NCBI GenBank assembly: GCA_963713825.1
Contig: CAVQNG010000025.1
Span: forward strand, 608,001-672,000
DNA length: 64,000 bases
From: an uncultured Acidobacteriota bacterium
GTDB taxonomy: Bacteria > Acidobacteriota > Thermoanaerobaculia > Multivoradales > JAHEKO01
Reading direction: 5' to 3'
Every line of letters begins with the position of its first letter. The first letter of the stretch is position 1. Positions 9,140 to 18,310 of this stretch are shown here, one piece after another. A model generated the notes under the pieces. That model had not been told where the DNA came from. It made no database searches and worked only from the letters and a program-made list of their open reading frames with translations. The position numbers were made by a program, and so were the translations under genes.

Positions 9140-9258
9140 GGCGAAATGCGATCGGCAGTGACCTGTGGAAGTCGCCTGTTGCCTTGCCTGGCTGTCAACA
9201 CTAAAATTTAACTTTAACAAATGGCTATAACTACCGACGAATCAAGGGGAATTTTGCT

Positions 9259-11007
9259 TTGACGAAAAGCCTGAGAGTGCTGGTGGCAGGATTGTTCTGC
9301 CTCCTCGCTCTGGGACCCCCCGTGGTGGCCGAGGACTCCGAGCCAGAGCCAGCGACGCTGCGGGTCCACCTTCGCGATGGCTCGGTAGCCGTATTGACCG
9401 AGAGCCAGGATCTCTATCTCGAGGCCTCGCCGAGAAGGGGCGAAGGGCTGCTGAGCTTCAGCCGTCGATTCTGCTCGAACGAGGACGCGGCCTCGATGGT
9501 CGCGGCAGAGAACGGCGGCTCTCAGAAACTCCTGGCAGGGATTCGCTACCGAATTCCCTTCGCAGCACTCGACAGTACGTATCAGGTGCAGATCGTGGTC
9601 GGTTTGTTCGAGGACGACAGGGCTGTCGCTGAAGGCTGGCAGCATCGGGTGCACAGCGCCAATGGGCACTCGAGGGAGAGTCTTTGGAATGTCGCGGAGT
9701 GGTTCACCGGGCAAGGTGACAACTACCGGGTGATTCGGGAAAGCAACCAGCTCGATGATGACGATCTGACTCCCGGCCAGGTAATCCTCGTCCCGGCACA
9801 TCTACTGCGCCCGTCTTTGCGCGCCGCATTGCCACCCAGCTCGCCGTACCATCTCGGATACGCCGCTGACCAGGAGGGTGAGTTCGCCATCTATCGGTTG
9901 AAACCTGGAGAGGCGCTCTATTCGAGCGTGGTGGTGCGTTTTACCGGACGAGTTTTCGCTGAGGATGTCAACGCCCTGGCGCAGGAGGTAGCCAAGAGGA
10001 GCGGGATTCGAGATGTGACGGACATCCCCATCGGCTATGAAGTGAAGGTTCCTTTCAGCTTGCTCTTGCCCGAGTATCTGCCTGCCGGACATCCCGAGCG
10101 CCAGGAGTACGAGCAAGGACTGATGGCTAGCGCCCAGTTCAGCAACGCGGTGACGGCGAGCCGGCTAGCGGGCGTCACCGTAGTCCTGGATGCGGGGCAT
10201 GGCGGCAAGGATGTCGGGGCATCGGTGTCGGGGGTCTGGGAGAGTCTCTACGTCTACGACATCATGGTGCGGGCCATGAAGCTCCTCGAAGGCAGTACCG
10301 CTGCCACGGTCATCGCTACGACTCAGGACGGTCGCGCTCACACCGCCTCGCAGCGAGATCAACTTCCCTATTCAAAGGGTCATCGGGTGCTGACGACCCC
10401 GAACTACCAGATCGAAGACTCGCGGGTCGGGGTGCACCTGCGGTGGTACCTGTCCAACAGCATCTACAGGCAGGCGGTCGAGAACGGTGGCGATCCTGAC
10501 AAGGTGGTGTTCGTCTCCATTCACGCCGATTCCTTGCATTCGTCCCTGCGGGGAGCCATGGTGTACATACCCGGCGCCAAGTATCGGTCAGGCACGTACG
10601 GCAAGAGTGGAGCCGTCTACGCTTCGCGACGGGAGGTCAAGGAGCGCCCCCAGGTGACCTATTCGAGTCGCGAGCGAGTCAAGAGTGAAGGACTGTCGAG
10701 AGAGCTGGCCTCGAACATCCTGGGAGCCTTTCACGATCGGGGCCTGGCAGTTCATCCGGACAAACCTGTCCGTGAGAAGGTCATCCGCCAGCGTCGAGCT
10801 TGGGTTCCCGCGGTTCTGCGGTACAACGCCATCCCGGCACAGGTTCTGCTGGAGGTCTGCAATCTGGCAAATTCCCAGGATCGCAAGCTCATACAGACTG
10901 CGGAGTTTCGCCAGCAGGTGGCTAAAGCAGTCGTTAGCGGAATCCTCAGCTACTATGGCCAGGCCGAGGGCGATGACTCTCAGCGGGTCGCGGTGGCTGG
11001 CCGTTAG
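9259..11007 (+). CDS. Secreted N-acetylmuramoyl-L-alanine amidase (Amidase_3) with LysM-like N-terminal domains
   Basis: Signal peptide; ESLWNVAEWF..IRESNQL..LTPGQVILVP (LysM-like); VVLDAGHGGKD..E..VSIHADS..LLEVCNL zinc ligands. Confidence 0.88.
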   Translation: MTKSLRVLVAGLFCLLALGPPVVAEDSEPEPATLRVHLRDGSVAVLTESQDLYLEASPRRGEGLLSFSRRFCSNEDAASMVAAENGGSQKLLAGIRYRIPFAALDSTYQVQIVVGLFEDDRAVAEGWQHRVHSANGHSRESLWNVAEWFTGQGDNYRVIRESNQLDDDDLTPGQVILVPAHLLRPSLRAALPPSSPYHLGYAADQEGEFAIYRLKPGEALYSSVVVRFTGRVFAEDVNALAQEVAKRSGIRDVTDIPIGYEVKVPFSLLLPEYLPAGHPERQEYEQGLMASAQFSNAVTASRLAGVTVVLDAGHGGKDVGASVSGVWESLYVYDIMVRAMKLLEGSTAATVIATTQDGRAHTASQRDQLPYSKGHRVLTTPNYQIEDSRVGVHLRWYLSNSIYRQAVENGGDPDKVVFVSIHADSLHSSLRGAMVYIPGAKYRSGTYGKSGAVYASRREVKERPQVTYSSRERVKSEGLSRELASNILGAFHDRGLAVHPDKPVREKVIRQRRAWVPAVLRYNAIPAQVLLEVCNLANSQDRKLIQTAEFRQQVAKAVVSGILSYYGQAEGDDSQRVAVAGR

Positions 11008-11099
11008 GGCCGTTGCGGGAACTTTCGCCCCTCGATCGGGGTCCCATTGTCCAGAGGCGGGTTGGCAGGATCGGGTCACAGCCCGCCCGCGGGAGACCC

Positions 11100-11702
11100 A
11101 TGAAAGCTGCTGTCCTCATGGCGAAAGCAACGGGTGATACCGATCTGGAGCTTGTCGAGCTCCACCGTTACGGCGATCCAGCGGCATTCGAGGAGATCTA
11201 CAGGCGTCACGCAGAGATGGTCTTCAATGTGGCTCTTCGCATGACGGGTGACGCCGAGGAAGCCGCCGACGTTTCGCAGGAGACATTTCTGAGGGTGCAC
11301 CGCTACTGTGCTCGGTTTCGCGGGCGTTCTAGCCTCAAGACATGGATCTACCGGGTCACCGTCAACTGTTGCCGGAGTCGATATCGGAAGAACCAGTCCT
11401 GGAAGAATAGATTCTTGTCGGGTTCACTGGAGAAGGTGGAACAGCTGCCGGATACCCGCCGGGGACCGGAGGACCGCACGCTGGCCCGTGATCGGGGTGA
11501 CGTAGTCATGCAGTCTCTGCGGCGCCTTCCCGAGCCCTTTCGTGAGGCCGTGGTCCTGCGTGACCTCGAAGGTCTCAGCTACGAGGAGATTGCGGGTGTG
11601 CTCGGAGTCAGGATCGGCACCGTACGTTCGAGAATCGCTCGGGGTCGAGATCGACTGCGGATCCTGCTGGAGAGTTCAAAGTCATGCGACACGCATCGAT
11701 AG
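11100..11702 (+). CDS. ECF sigma-70 factor (RpoE/SigW-like)
   Basis: AADVSQETFLRV..FRGRSSLKTWIYRV (region 2); LRDLEGLSYEEIAGVLG..GTVRSRIARGR (region 4). Confidence 0.93.
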   Translation: MKAAVLMAKATGDTDLELVELHRYGDPAAFEEIYRRHAEMVFNVALRMTGDAEEAADVSQETFLRVHRYCARFRGRSSLKTWIYRVTVNCCRSRYRKNQSWKNRFLSGSLEKVEQLPDTRRGPEDRTLARDRGDVVMQSLRRLPEPFREAVVLRDLEGLSYEEIAGVLGVRIGTVRSRIARGRDRLRILLESSKSCDTHR

Positions 11703-12400
11703 AAGTGCTGTCAAGCTATCTGGATGGTGAGCTGACGTCGGATCGTCGGCGACAGGTCGAGCTACACCTAGATGAGTGCCAGGAATGTCGCCATCGACTC
11801 GAGGGGCTGCATGGTGTCGTTGAGAACCTCGAGAGATTGGGACGAATCTCGCCGGCACCTTTTCTCGAGCGGCAGGTGCTACACAGTGCCGCAACCAGCG
11901 CGTACCCTCAGAGCCTGATGGATCGCCTGGAGAAGGGTGCCTCACGGCTGCACATCGAGCGCTGGGTATGGATGCCGACGTTCGGCATGGTCATCGCTCT
12001 GGTATCGATCATCTACCTGTTCTCTTGGGGGCTCGAACGGCGGAATCATGGTCTGCCGGTTGTCTTCAACGACGAGACGCCAGAGGTGAAGAGTGCAGAC
12101 AACCTCGGGTCCCCTCAGCGTCTGCGGCAAGAGTCGATGCTGGGCGAGGCACCGGATGAGGCGCTGTCGCCTCGGACTGCCCAAGTCGGAGACCGGTCCT
12201 TCGAGCTCGTGGACGGTCTGTGGATCGAGAAGGGGGTGGATCCGAGGGCGCCGTCGATGTCCGTGGACCCTGTCGAAACGGGCGCACCAGAGTGGTTGGA
12301 GCAGTTGCCGAATCTGGCCGAGCTAGAACGCCTCGGCGGCCCTGTCCGCCTACGAATCGGCGATCGGTTGGTCCAGCTCGAGTTCAATCGGGGGGAGTAG
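11684..12400 (+). CDS. Zinc-binding (zf-HC2) transmembrane anti-sigma factor
   Basis: LSSYLDGEL..VELHLDECQEC (HxxxCxxC), one TM helix, overlaps the sigma factor stop. Confidence 0.88.
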   Translation: MRHASIEVLSSYLDGELTSDRRRQVELHLDECQECRHRLEGLHGVVENLERLGRISPAPFLERQVLHSAATSAYPQSLMDRLEKGASRLHIERWVWMPTFGMVIALVSIIYLFSWGLERRNHGLPVVFNDETPEVKSADNLGSPQRLRQESMLGEAPDEALSPRTAQVGDRSFELVDGLWIEKGVDPRAPSMSVDPVETGAPEWLEQLPNLAELERLGGPVRLRIGDRLVQLEFNRGE

Positions 12401-12464
12401 GCGACCGACCCGCTCGTCTCCCGCTGTCAGGAGATGGGCGCCCGTGGTCGGTGGGGGAGTCGAC

Positions 12465-14540
12465 CTAGCTTCGAGTCCCGACCTGCTTCAGCTCGTACTT
12501 CTTACCCTCGATCACCACGTCGTCTCCCACCCTGCTACCCAGAAGGGACTGCCCCAGCTCGGAGTCATAGGAGATGATGTCCTTCTCGGGGGCGCTTTCC
12601 CACGGTCCTAGGATCGTCAGGGATCGGTCATCCCCGTCGGCGGACTGGAGCAAGAGTGTGCTACCGATTCGAACTTCAGAGGAATCGATGCTGGAGGGAT
12701 CGAAGGTTCGCACGCGACCCAGGTCCCCTTTGAGTGCCTCGACGCGAGCTGAAAGATACTCATGTCTCTGTCGGGCCGACTTGTACTCGAAATTCTCCCT
12801 CAGGTCTCCCATCGCCCGAGCCTCTTCGATGGCACGCCGATTGGCCGGAATCTCTTCGTCCAGCAACTTCTTGAGCTCTCGCCGACGGGATTCGATGGAT
12901 TCCGCCGTGGCATACAGAGGGATCTCGAGATCCGGGCGGAGAGCTGGAAACCGCAAATGCAGGGCATTGATGAGAGGTTCCCGTAGGTAGTCTTCGAGCG
13001 CCGCTCTCTCGATCGCCTTCTCGGCCTGGGTCGCCTGATCCGGAGTGAGCTGGGAGAGCAGATGAGGCAGTGAGCCGCCGGTTTCGAACAACTTCGTCAG
13101 CCTGACGCGATAGGGAGTGAACTCGGGCCAGTGAAGGGCCGAGATGATGAGCTGAATCAAGCGCAGCGAATTGCGGTCGCCGAACTGCGACTCCGACTCC
13201 GCATTCTCGGCCAGCCAGACGAAGGCTGCCGGCATCGGCCGCGGCTTGCTGATGAGATCGTCGATGAAAGCTTGGAGATGATCGTTCTCCTCGGCTTCCA
13301 TCGACTGGGCGAGGAAATTGAGGAGACGCGTGTCGTCTTCTCTCCCGAGCTGAGCTCGAAAGATCGCTCCCCAATCCGCTCTGCAAGCACGAGTCTGCTG
13401 TAGGGCCTGCTCTCTGAGAGCGCGATCCTCGATCCCGGAGACCAGGTCGGCTGGATTCGGGCTGGCTTCGAGAATCGAAGTCGGTGAGCCGTCCCCGGAA
13501 GGCGTTGCTGCCGCCTTGTCGAGCGCCAGAGCGACCGCCAAAGCAGTCGAGGGGTCCTTGGTCAGGGACTCATCGACGAGGCTTTGAAGTTCGGAGACCA
13601 TGGCCGCTTTGAGCTCTTCGGAACGACCGGAGTTCCTCCGGAAGAGCTCGATCTTCTGGGCTGGATCGGCAGCGGAAAAATCCCGCTTCATCGACTCGAT
13701 GGCATCGGCGTCGCTCGCCGCCCAGCCATAGCTCTGGCGGCTCCCAGATCCCTCGGTGAGGATCTGCGGATGCTTGCGAGCCGCCGACCACCAGGATGTC
13801 CATTCGGCGTCGGTGACGATGCCGGTCAGCACCCGCTTGATGTCTCCTGCCGAACGAGGTTCTGGATAGCTGCGCAGGAGGGCCAGCAGGAGCTCGCCGG
13901 GATTCTCATCCTTGAGCTGCAGAAGCTCACCGGGATTTTCTAGCTTGCGGCGTAGAATGTGGCCGGCTGGCAGCGGGTGCAGAAGCTTGGCGGCGGCCCG
14001 GAAGCCAACTCTCAAGCCTGGTTGGTGTTCGAGGTCGACCTTGAAATTGTCGAGCTCGAGGTTGACCTCGATCACCCGGCCGGCGCCCTTGCCCTCCATC
14101 CAGACCGGTGCTCCGACTTCGAATTGCAGGATCCGCCGCAGTCTGTCGACCTTGGTCCAGGTCTTCGGAATGTCTTCCCTGGCCTTCAGCAGCCCCACCT
14201 TCTCGATTACGCCTTCCAGGCTTGGAGAGTTCTCATAGAGCTGGCGAACCGTTTCCAGTATGGCGTCGTGGAGCTGAGTCGCGTCGGGATAGAGCCAGTC
14301 CAGCCCACGCAGGACCTCGAGCCGGGTAGACCAGTCGCCAGTCTCTCGTATTCGATCTTCCAGAAGCTCGATCAGGAATGTTGCACGATCCTGCTCATCG
14401 GCTGCGACGAGGGCCTGCGCTACCGCGACGAAGAACTCGTGATCGGTTGGCTGATCGGCGAGTCGCTCGAGCCAACGATCCTCGATGGGATCGAACTCTC
14501 CCTCGTCGATGAGCTGCTGGATTTCTGCTGTATCACTCAT
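12465..14540 (-). CDS. greA: Transcript cleavage factor GreA with about 530-aa N-terminal extension
   Basis: C-terminal EIPANRRAIEEARAMGDLRENFEYKSAR..VRIGSTL..ILGPWES..ISYDSELGQSLLG is the Gre domain. Confidence 0.85.
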   Translation of the reverse strand: MSDTAEIQQLIDEGEFDPIEDRWLERLADQPTDHEFFVAVAQALVAADEQDRATFLIELLEDRIRETGDWSTRLEVLRGLDWLYPDATQLHDAILETVRQLYENSPSLEGVIEKVGLLKAREDIPKTWTKVDRLRRILQFEVGAPVWMEGKGAGRVIEVNLELDNFKVDLEHQPGLRVGFRAAAKLLHPLPAGHILRRKLENPGELLQLKDENPGELLLALLRSYPEPRSAGDIKRVLTGIVTDAEWTSWWSAARKHPQILTEGSGSRQSYGWAASDADAIESMKRDFSAADPAQKIELFRRNSGRSEELKAAMVSELQSLVDESLTKDPSTALAVALALDKAAATPSGDGSPTSILEASPNPADLVSGIEDRALREQALQQTRACRADWGAIFRAQLGREDDTRLLNFLAQSMEAEENDHLQAFIDDLISKPRPMPAAFVWLAENAESESQFGDRNSLRLIQLIISALHWPEFTPYRVRLTKLFETGGSLPHLLSQLTPDQATQAEKAIERAALEDYLREPLINALHLRFPALRPDLEIPLYATAESIESRRRELKKLLDEEIPANRRAIEEARAMGDLRENFEYKSARQRHEYLSARVEALKGDLGRVRTFDPSSIDSSEVRIGSTLLLQSADGDDRSLTILGPWESAPEKDIISYDSELGQSLLGSRVGDDVVIEGKKYELKQVGTRS

Positions 14541-14765
14541 GTCGGGCGGGGATTGTATACCAGGCCGCCGGAGTGGGCGGCCTGGGGGTTGAGACGGCCG
14601 ATCGAACCAGGGATCTCCCCCGTCTGCGGCCTCACCCGACCATGCCCCTCCGACGAGGGAGACCCATGGCCCGATCTACCACCTGCGAGATACATCAATA
14701 ATCGGATTGCTGACTCACTCCCTACGCCCTTAAGCCCCTTAGCCCCTGCTACCCTCACCGGTGCC

Positions 14766-14878
14766 AGAGGCTCGTCCGGGTGGCTCGACAGGGGGCCGTG
14801 ACGAGACGAGGCGGCGGCCCCCCGTCGCAGTCTGAGTAGCCGGCGCTGTCCCCCTGCGGGCCACCCGGACGAGCCTCT
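14766..14878. ncRNA. Candidate structured RNA or inverted-repeat element (family not recognised)
   Basis: Perfect 19-bp inverted repeat, 14766-14784 / 14860-14878, extendable by about 10 bp. Extended -10 TGcTACCCT at 14747-14755 just upstream on the plus strand. Confidence 0.45.
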
Positions 14879-14966
14879 CAGAGAAGAGAGTCATGCGCGC
14901 AGGATCCGACTGACCAGACCCTGTTCCACAGCGGTCGGTCGGCCGAGGAGTTAGAGTAACTGGCCG

Positions 14967-15707
14967 ATGAGTGATGAATCGCCCAAGAGCCTGGCGGTTC
15001 GCTTGCGCGAGTCCGATGCGGACGAGCTGATGAAGCTCTTGCAGAAGCACCTTCATGAGCTCGAGGTGCCCGAGGTCCGGCAGGTGGTCCGCAATCCGTT
15101 TCTCACCCAACAGGCCATCGAGCTGCTGCTCGAGGAGCGCCGACTGCTGGCGTACTCGGAGATCAAGAGAAGCCTTGTCTGCCACCCGAGAACGCCGGAG
15201 ATCAGGGCTCGGCGACTCGTGCCCACACTGTTCTGGCGTGATCTGATTCAGATCAGCGGTGACGGTCGCGTGCCGCCCAAAGTGAGGCGCAGTGCCGATC
15301 TACAGCTGCGGGGTCGGCTGCAGGGGCTGTCGGTCGGAGAACGGATGTCGATTGCCAGGCGGGCCAGCCCAACCTTGATCCAGCAGCTCCGCATGGACAA
15401 GGACCCGCGGGTAGTCGAGGCTCTGTTGGAGAACCCGAGGCTGACCGAGGGCAGTCTGATGCCCTTGCTCGGAAGTGACCGGGCCAGCCCCAAGGCTCTG
15501 GCTTTGGTTGCGAGGCATCGAAGGTGGGGCATCCGCTATGGTGTGAAGTCAGCCCTTTGCCGGAATGCGAGGACTCCGCCCGAGATCTGTCTGGGTCTCC
15601 TGTCACAACTCAAGAAGTCCGACCTGAGGGCCGTCTTCCAGGATCGGCGCTTGCCTGCCGTAGTGCGTCGGAGGGCTGGGACCCTCCTGGGACAGGAACC
15701 GCGCTGA
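14967..15707 (+). CDS. Hypothetical alpha-solenoid (LRV/HEAT-like repeat) protein
   Basis: Repeating 'V..NP.(L/T)' units (VVRNPFLT, LVCHPRTP, LLENPRLT, LCRNARTP); paralogous to 16633-17661. Confidence 0.7.
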   Translation: MSDESPKSLAVRLRESDADELMKLLQKHLHELEVPEVRQVVRNPFLTQQAIELLLEERRLLAYSEIKRSLVCHPRTPEIRARRLVPTLFWRDLIQISGDGRVPPKVRRSADLQLRGRLQGLSVGERMSIARRASPTLIQQLRMDKDPRVVEALLENPRLTEGSLMPLLGSDRASPKALALVARHRRWGIRYGVKSALCRNARTPPEICLGLLSQLKKSDLRAVFQDRRLPAVVRRRAGTLLGQEPR

Positions 15708-15826
15708 GATGTTCTCCCGTGGGGCATTTGACCAGGCCTCGACTGGTTCACTAGAGTAGCTTCCTGTAGTAGTAAGCTGTGGTTCTGTAGCGGGTCGCTG
15801 CAGGACAGCGGCTTGGGTGTGCGCGA

Positions 15827-16636
15827 ATGTCCTCGCCAAATCGATACAGCAACCGGCAACCACCTTGGGAACAGGGCGCGGAAGCCGATGTCATCTCCTT
15901 CGGAACCTGGCTGCGCAGGCAGCGCGAGTTGCGAGAGATCAGTCTGCGTGAAATCGCGGACGTGACCAAGATCAGCATCCGGTACCTCGAAGCCCTCGAG
16001 CAGGATCGGTTCGATGTCCTACCAGCGCCGGTCTTCGCGCACGGCTTCCTGAGGGAATACGCACGATACGTCGGACTCGATGCCGATGAGGTCGTCAACT
16101 CGTACCTGACTGCCCAGAAGGCGACTGAGCCCGACGAGGCAGACGACCCCCAGCCGGTCGCGCGCAGGCGAGAAACAAAACGCCCCACCGGGGTGCTCCT
16201 GGCTTTGGCAGCGGTCCTCATCCTGGCACTCGTTGCGGTGCTCGCCTACTTTGCAGAGTCGTTCCGAGGCGAGGCACGGTCGGAGCCGCCGCCCATGGCG
16301 GCGCCGGTGACTCAGCCAGCCCCGAAACCGCTTCCGGTCCTCGAGTCGGAGCCGGAGCCGGTCGTGCCACTGCTGGTCACCATCGACTTCTCAGAGGAGT
16401 GCTGGATCGAAGCGACGATCGATGGGGAAGGGCAGGTCAACGAGCTACACGTGCCCGGCGAATCGCTGCGCATCGAAGCTCAGGAGACGGTCAGCCTGAC
16501 GATCGGCAACCCGGAAGCAGTCCGTGTCGAGGTCAATGGGCAACCGTTCCCTATTGCGGCCCCGGCAGGGCAGGTGCTTCGAGGTCTCGAGATCGACCTG
16601 GCCGCATTGCAGGCGTCGGATCCGACTGAACCGTGA
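15827..16636 (+). CDS. rodZ: RodZ-like protein (HTH, TM helix, C-terminal DUF4115-like domain)
   Basis: FGTWLRRQRELREISLREIADVTKISIRYLEALE..FAHGFLREYARYVGLD; TM helix; CWIEATIDG..IGNPEAVRVEVNG. Confidence 0.85.
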   Translation: MSSPNRYSNRQPPWEQGAEADVISFGTWLRRQRELREISLREIADVTKISIRYLEALEQDRFDVLPAPVFAHGFLREYARYVGLDADEVVNSYLTAQKATEPDEADDPQPVARRRETKRPTGVLLALAAVLILALVAVLAYFAESFRGEARSEPPPMAAPVTQPAPKPLPVLESEPEPVVPLLVTIDFSEECWIEATIDGEGQVNELHVPGESLRIEAQETVSLTIGNPEAVRVEVNGQPFPIAAPAGQVLRGLEIDLAALQASDPTEP

Positions 16637-17661
16637 TCGAAGACGGCACCTCACAGTCTCTCTCTGAAAGAGTCCTATCCGGTGAAAATCGGGAGCTCCA
16701 GCTCCTCGTCGCCAGAAGCATGTTTCCACTGCCGGTGGAGATCATGATTCCGCTGCAGATTCGACTCAGCAGTGTCGAAGACGCAGAGGTTGCGGCCGCT
16801 GCGGCCGAGTCTCTGGGGAGTCTCGATCCCGAAATCGTCGGCCCGGTCATCGTCGAATCGGAAGAGGCCGAGGTGGTCGCCTACTTCGCGTCGCGAACCG
16901 ATCAGCCTGCTCTCATTGAGACGATCATTCAGCACCGACTGGTGCCCACAGAGGTGCTGGCGCAGATGGCGGTAGGTCTGTCGCCCGAGCTGCAGGAGAT
17001 CCTGCTTCTGCGCCAGGATGCGATTCTCGAGGAGCCGTTGCTTCTGGATCGACTGGAAGAGAATCCCGAGCTCACATCGTATGCCGAGAGGCGCATCCGC
17101 GAGTATCGTGAGCACCTTCTGCCACGACAGCGCCAACCGGACGAGGAAGAGGCTCCGGAAGCCGAGGTGGAAGAGCTGACTGACGAGGAGGTCGAGGAGG
17201 CCATCACGTGGGCCAGGAAGGAACCTAGCAAAGGCGAGCTGGACGAAGTGACGGGGCTCACCGAGGCCCAGATCCGTACTTTGCCGATTCCCGTTCGCCT
17301 CAAGTTGAGTCGGGGAGCCTCGCGCACGCTACGGAATATCCTCGTCAAGGACAAGAATCCCATGGTCGCCGTTTCGGTGATGACCGGCAATGCCATGGGC
17401 GATGGGGAGGTCGAGTTGATCGCTTCCAGCAAGGTGGTGGCCGAAGAGGTCTTGGAGACTATCGCCCGGAGCCGGCAATGGGGCAGGCGGTATTCGATCG
17501 TCCACACTCTGGTGAAGAACCCGAGAATGCCAGCTGGCCTGGCGGCACGGCTGGTTCCCAGGTTGGGTGTCCGTGACCTCAGGGTCTTGAGCCGGGACCG
17601 CAATGTCTCGGAAGTGGTTCGATCGACGGCCACAAGGTTGTATAGAATCAAGTCCAAGTGA
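16633..17661 (+). CDS. Hypothetical alpha-solenoid (LRV/HEAT-like) protein with acidic linker
   Basis: Long ORF coupled to rodZ (GTGA overlap); the C-terminal 130 aa resemble the 14967-15707 product. Confidence 0.72.
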   Translation: MIEDGTSQSLSERVLSGENRELQLLVARSMFPLPVEIMIPLQIRLSSVEDAEVAAAAAESLGSLDPEIVGPVIVESEEAEVVAYFASRTDQPALIETIIQHRLVPTEVLAQMAVGLSPELQEILLLRQDAILEEPLLLDRLEENPELTSYAERRIREYREHLLPRQRQPDEEEAPEAEVEELTDEEVEEAITWARKEPSKGELDEVTGLTEAQIRTLPIPVRLKLSRGASRTLRNILVKDKNPMVAVSVMTGNAMGDGEVELIASSKVVAEEVLETIARSRQWGRRYSIVHTLVKNPRMPAGLAARLVPRLGVRDLRVLSRDRNVSEVVRSTATRLYRIKSK

Positions 17662-17665
17662 CGGA

Positions 17666-18289
17666 ATGACAATGAGCGTCAATTACTACACGATTCTGGG
17701 TGTGCCCAGCAACGCGACGACGAATCAGATTCGCGAGCGGTTTCTGCAGCTGGCTCGTGAACAACATCCCGATCGCTATGCCGCTGCAGAGAAGGACGAC
17801 GCAGAGGCCCAGTTCCAACAGGTGACGCAGGCGTACAATGTGCTCGTCGACCCCGATCGGCGGCGGCAGTACGACCAGGAGTTGGCACAACAAACGACAG
17901 GCTCCGAAGCGACGTCTTCTGGTCAGGCGGCGCGGGTCTATATCAAGCGCGGGGTGGAATCCTACAAGAAGAAGAACTATACGCAGGCGGTAGAGTTTTT
18001 CGAACGCGCTACCCAGGACAGCCCGAGCGATGCCCAGGCCTGGTACTACCTGGCGCGAGCATTGAACCACCGCTCCGCCTGGCTGTCACGGGCTCTGGCA
18101 GCTGCCGCCAAGTCCTGCGAGCTGGACTCGATGAATGCGACCTACCTGAAGCTGGCTGGCGAGTTGGCTTCTCAGGCGGGGATGACCTCTCGTGCGGAGA
18201 GATACCTCCAGAATGCTCTCACCTTCGGTGGCGACGACTCGGAGGTTCAACTGGCTCTCGATCAGGTGCGAAGGAACAAGAGGTCTTGA
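17666..18289 (+). CDS. J-domain (DnaJ) plus TPR protein
   Basis: NYYTILGV..LAREQHPDR..AYNVLVDPDRRRQYD (HPD motif) followed by TPR helices. Confidence 0.88.
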   Translation: MTMSVNYYTILGVPSNATTNQIRERFLQLAREQHPDRYAAAEKDDAEAQFQQVTQAYNVLVDPDRRRQYDQELAQQTTGSEATSSGQAARVYIKRGVESYKKKNYTQAVEFFERATQDSPSDAQAWYYLARALNHRSAWLSRALAAAAKSCELDSMNATYLKLAGELASQAGMTSRAERYLQNALTFGGDDSEVQLALDQVRRNKRS

Positions 18290-18310
18290 CTTGCGCGAGG
18301 CGCGACTGCT

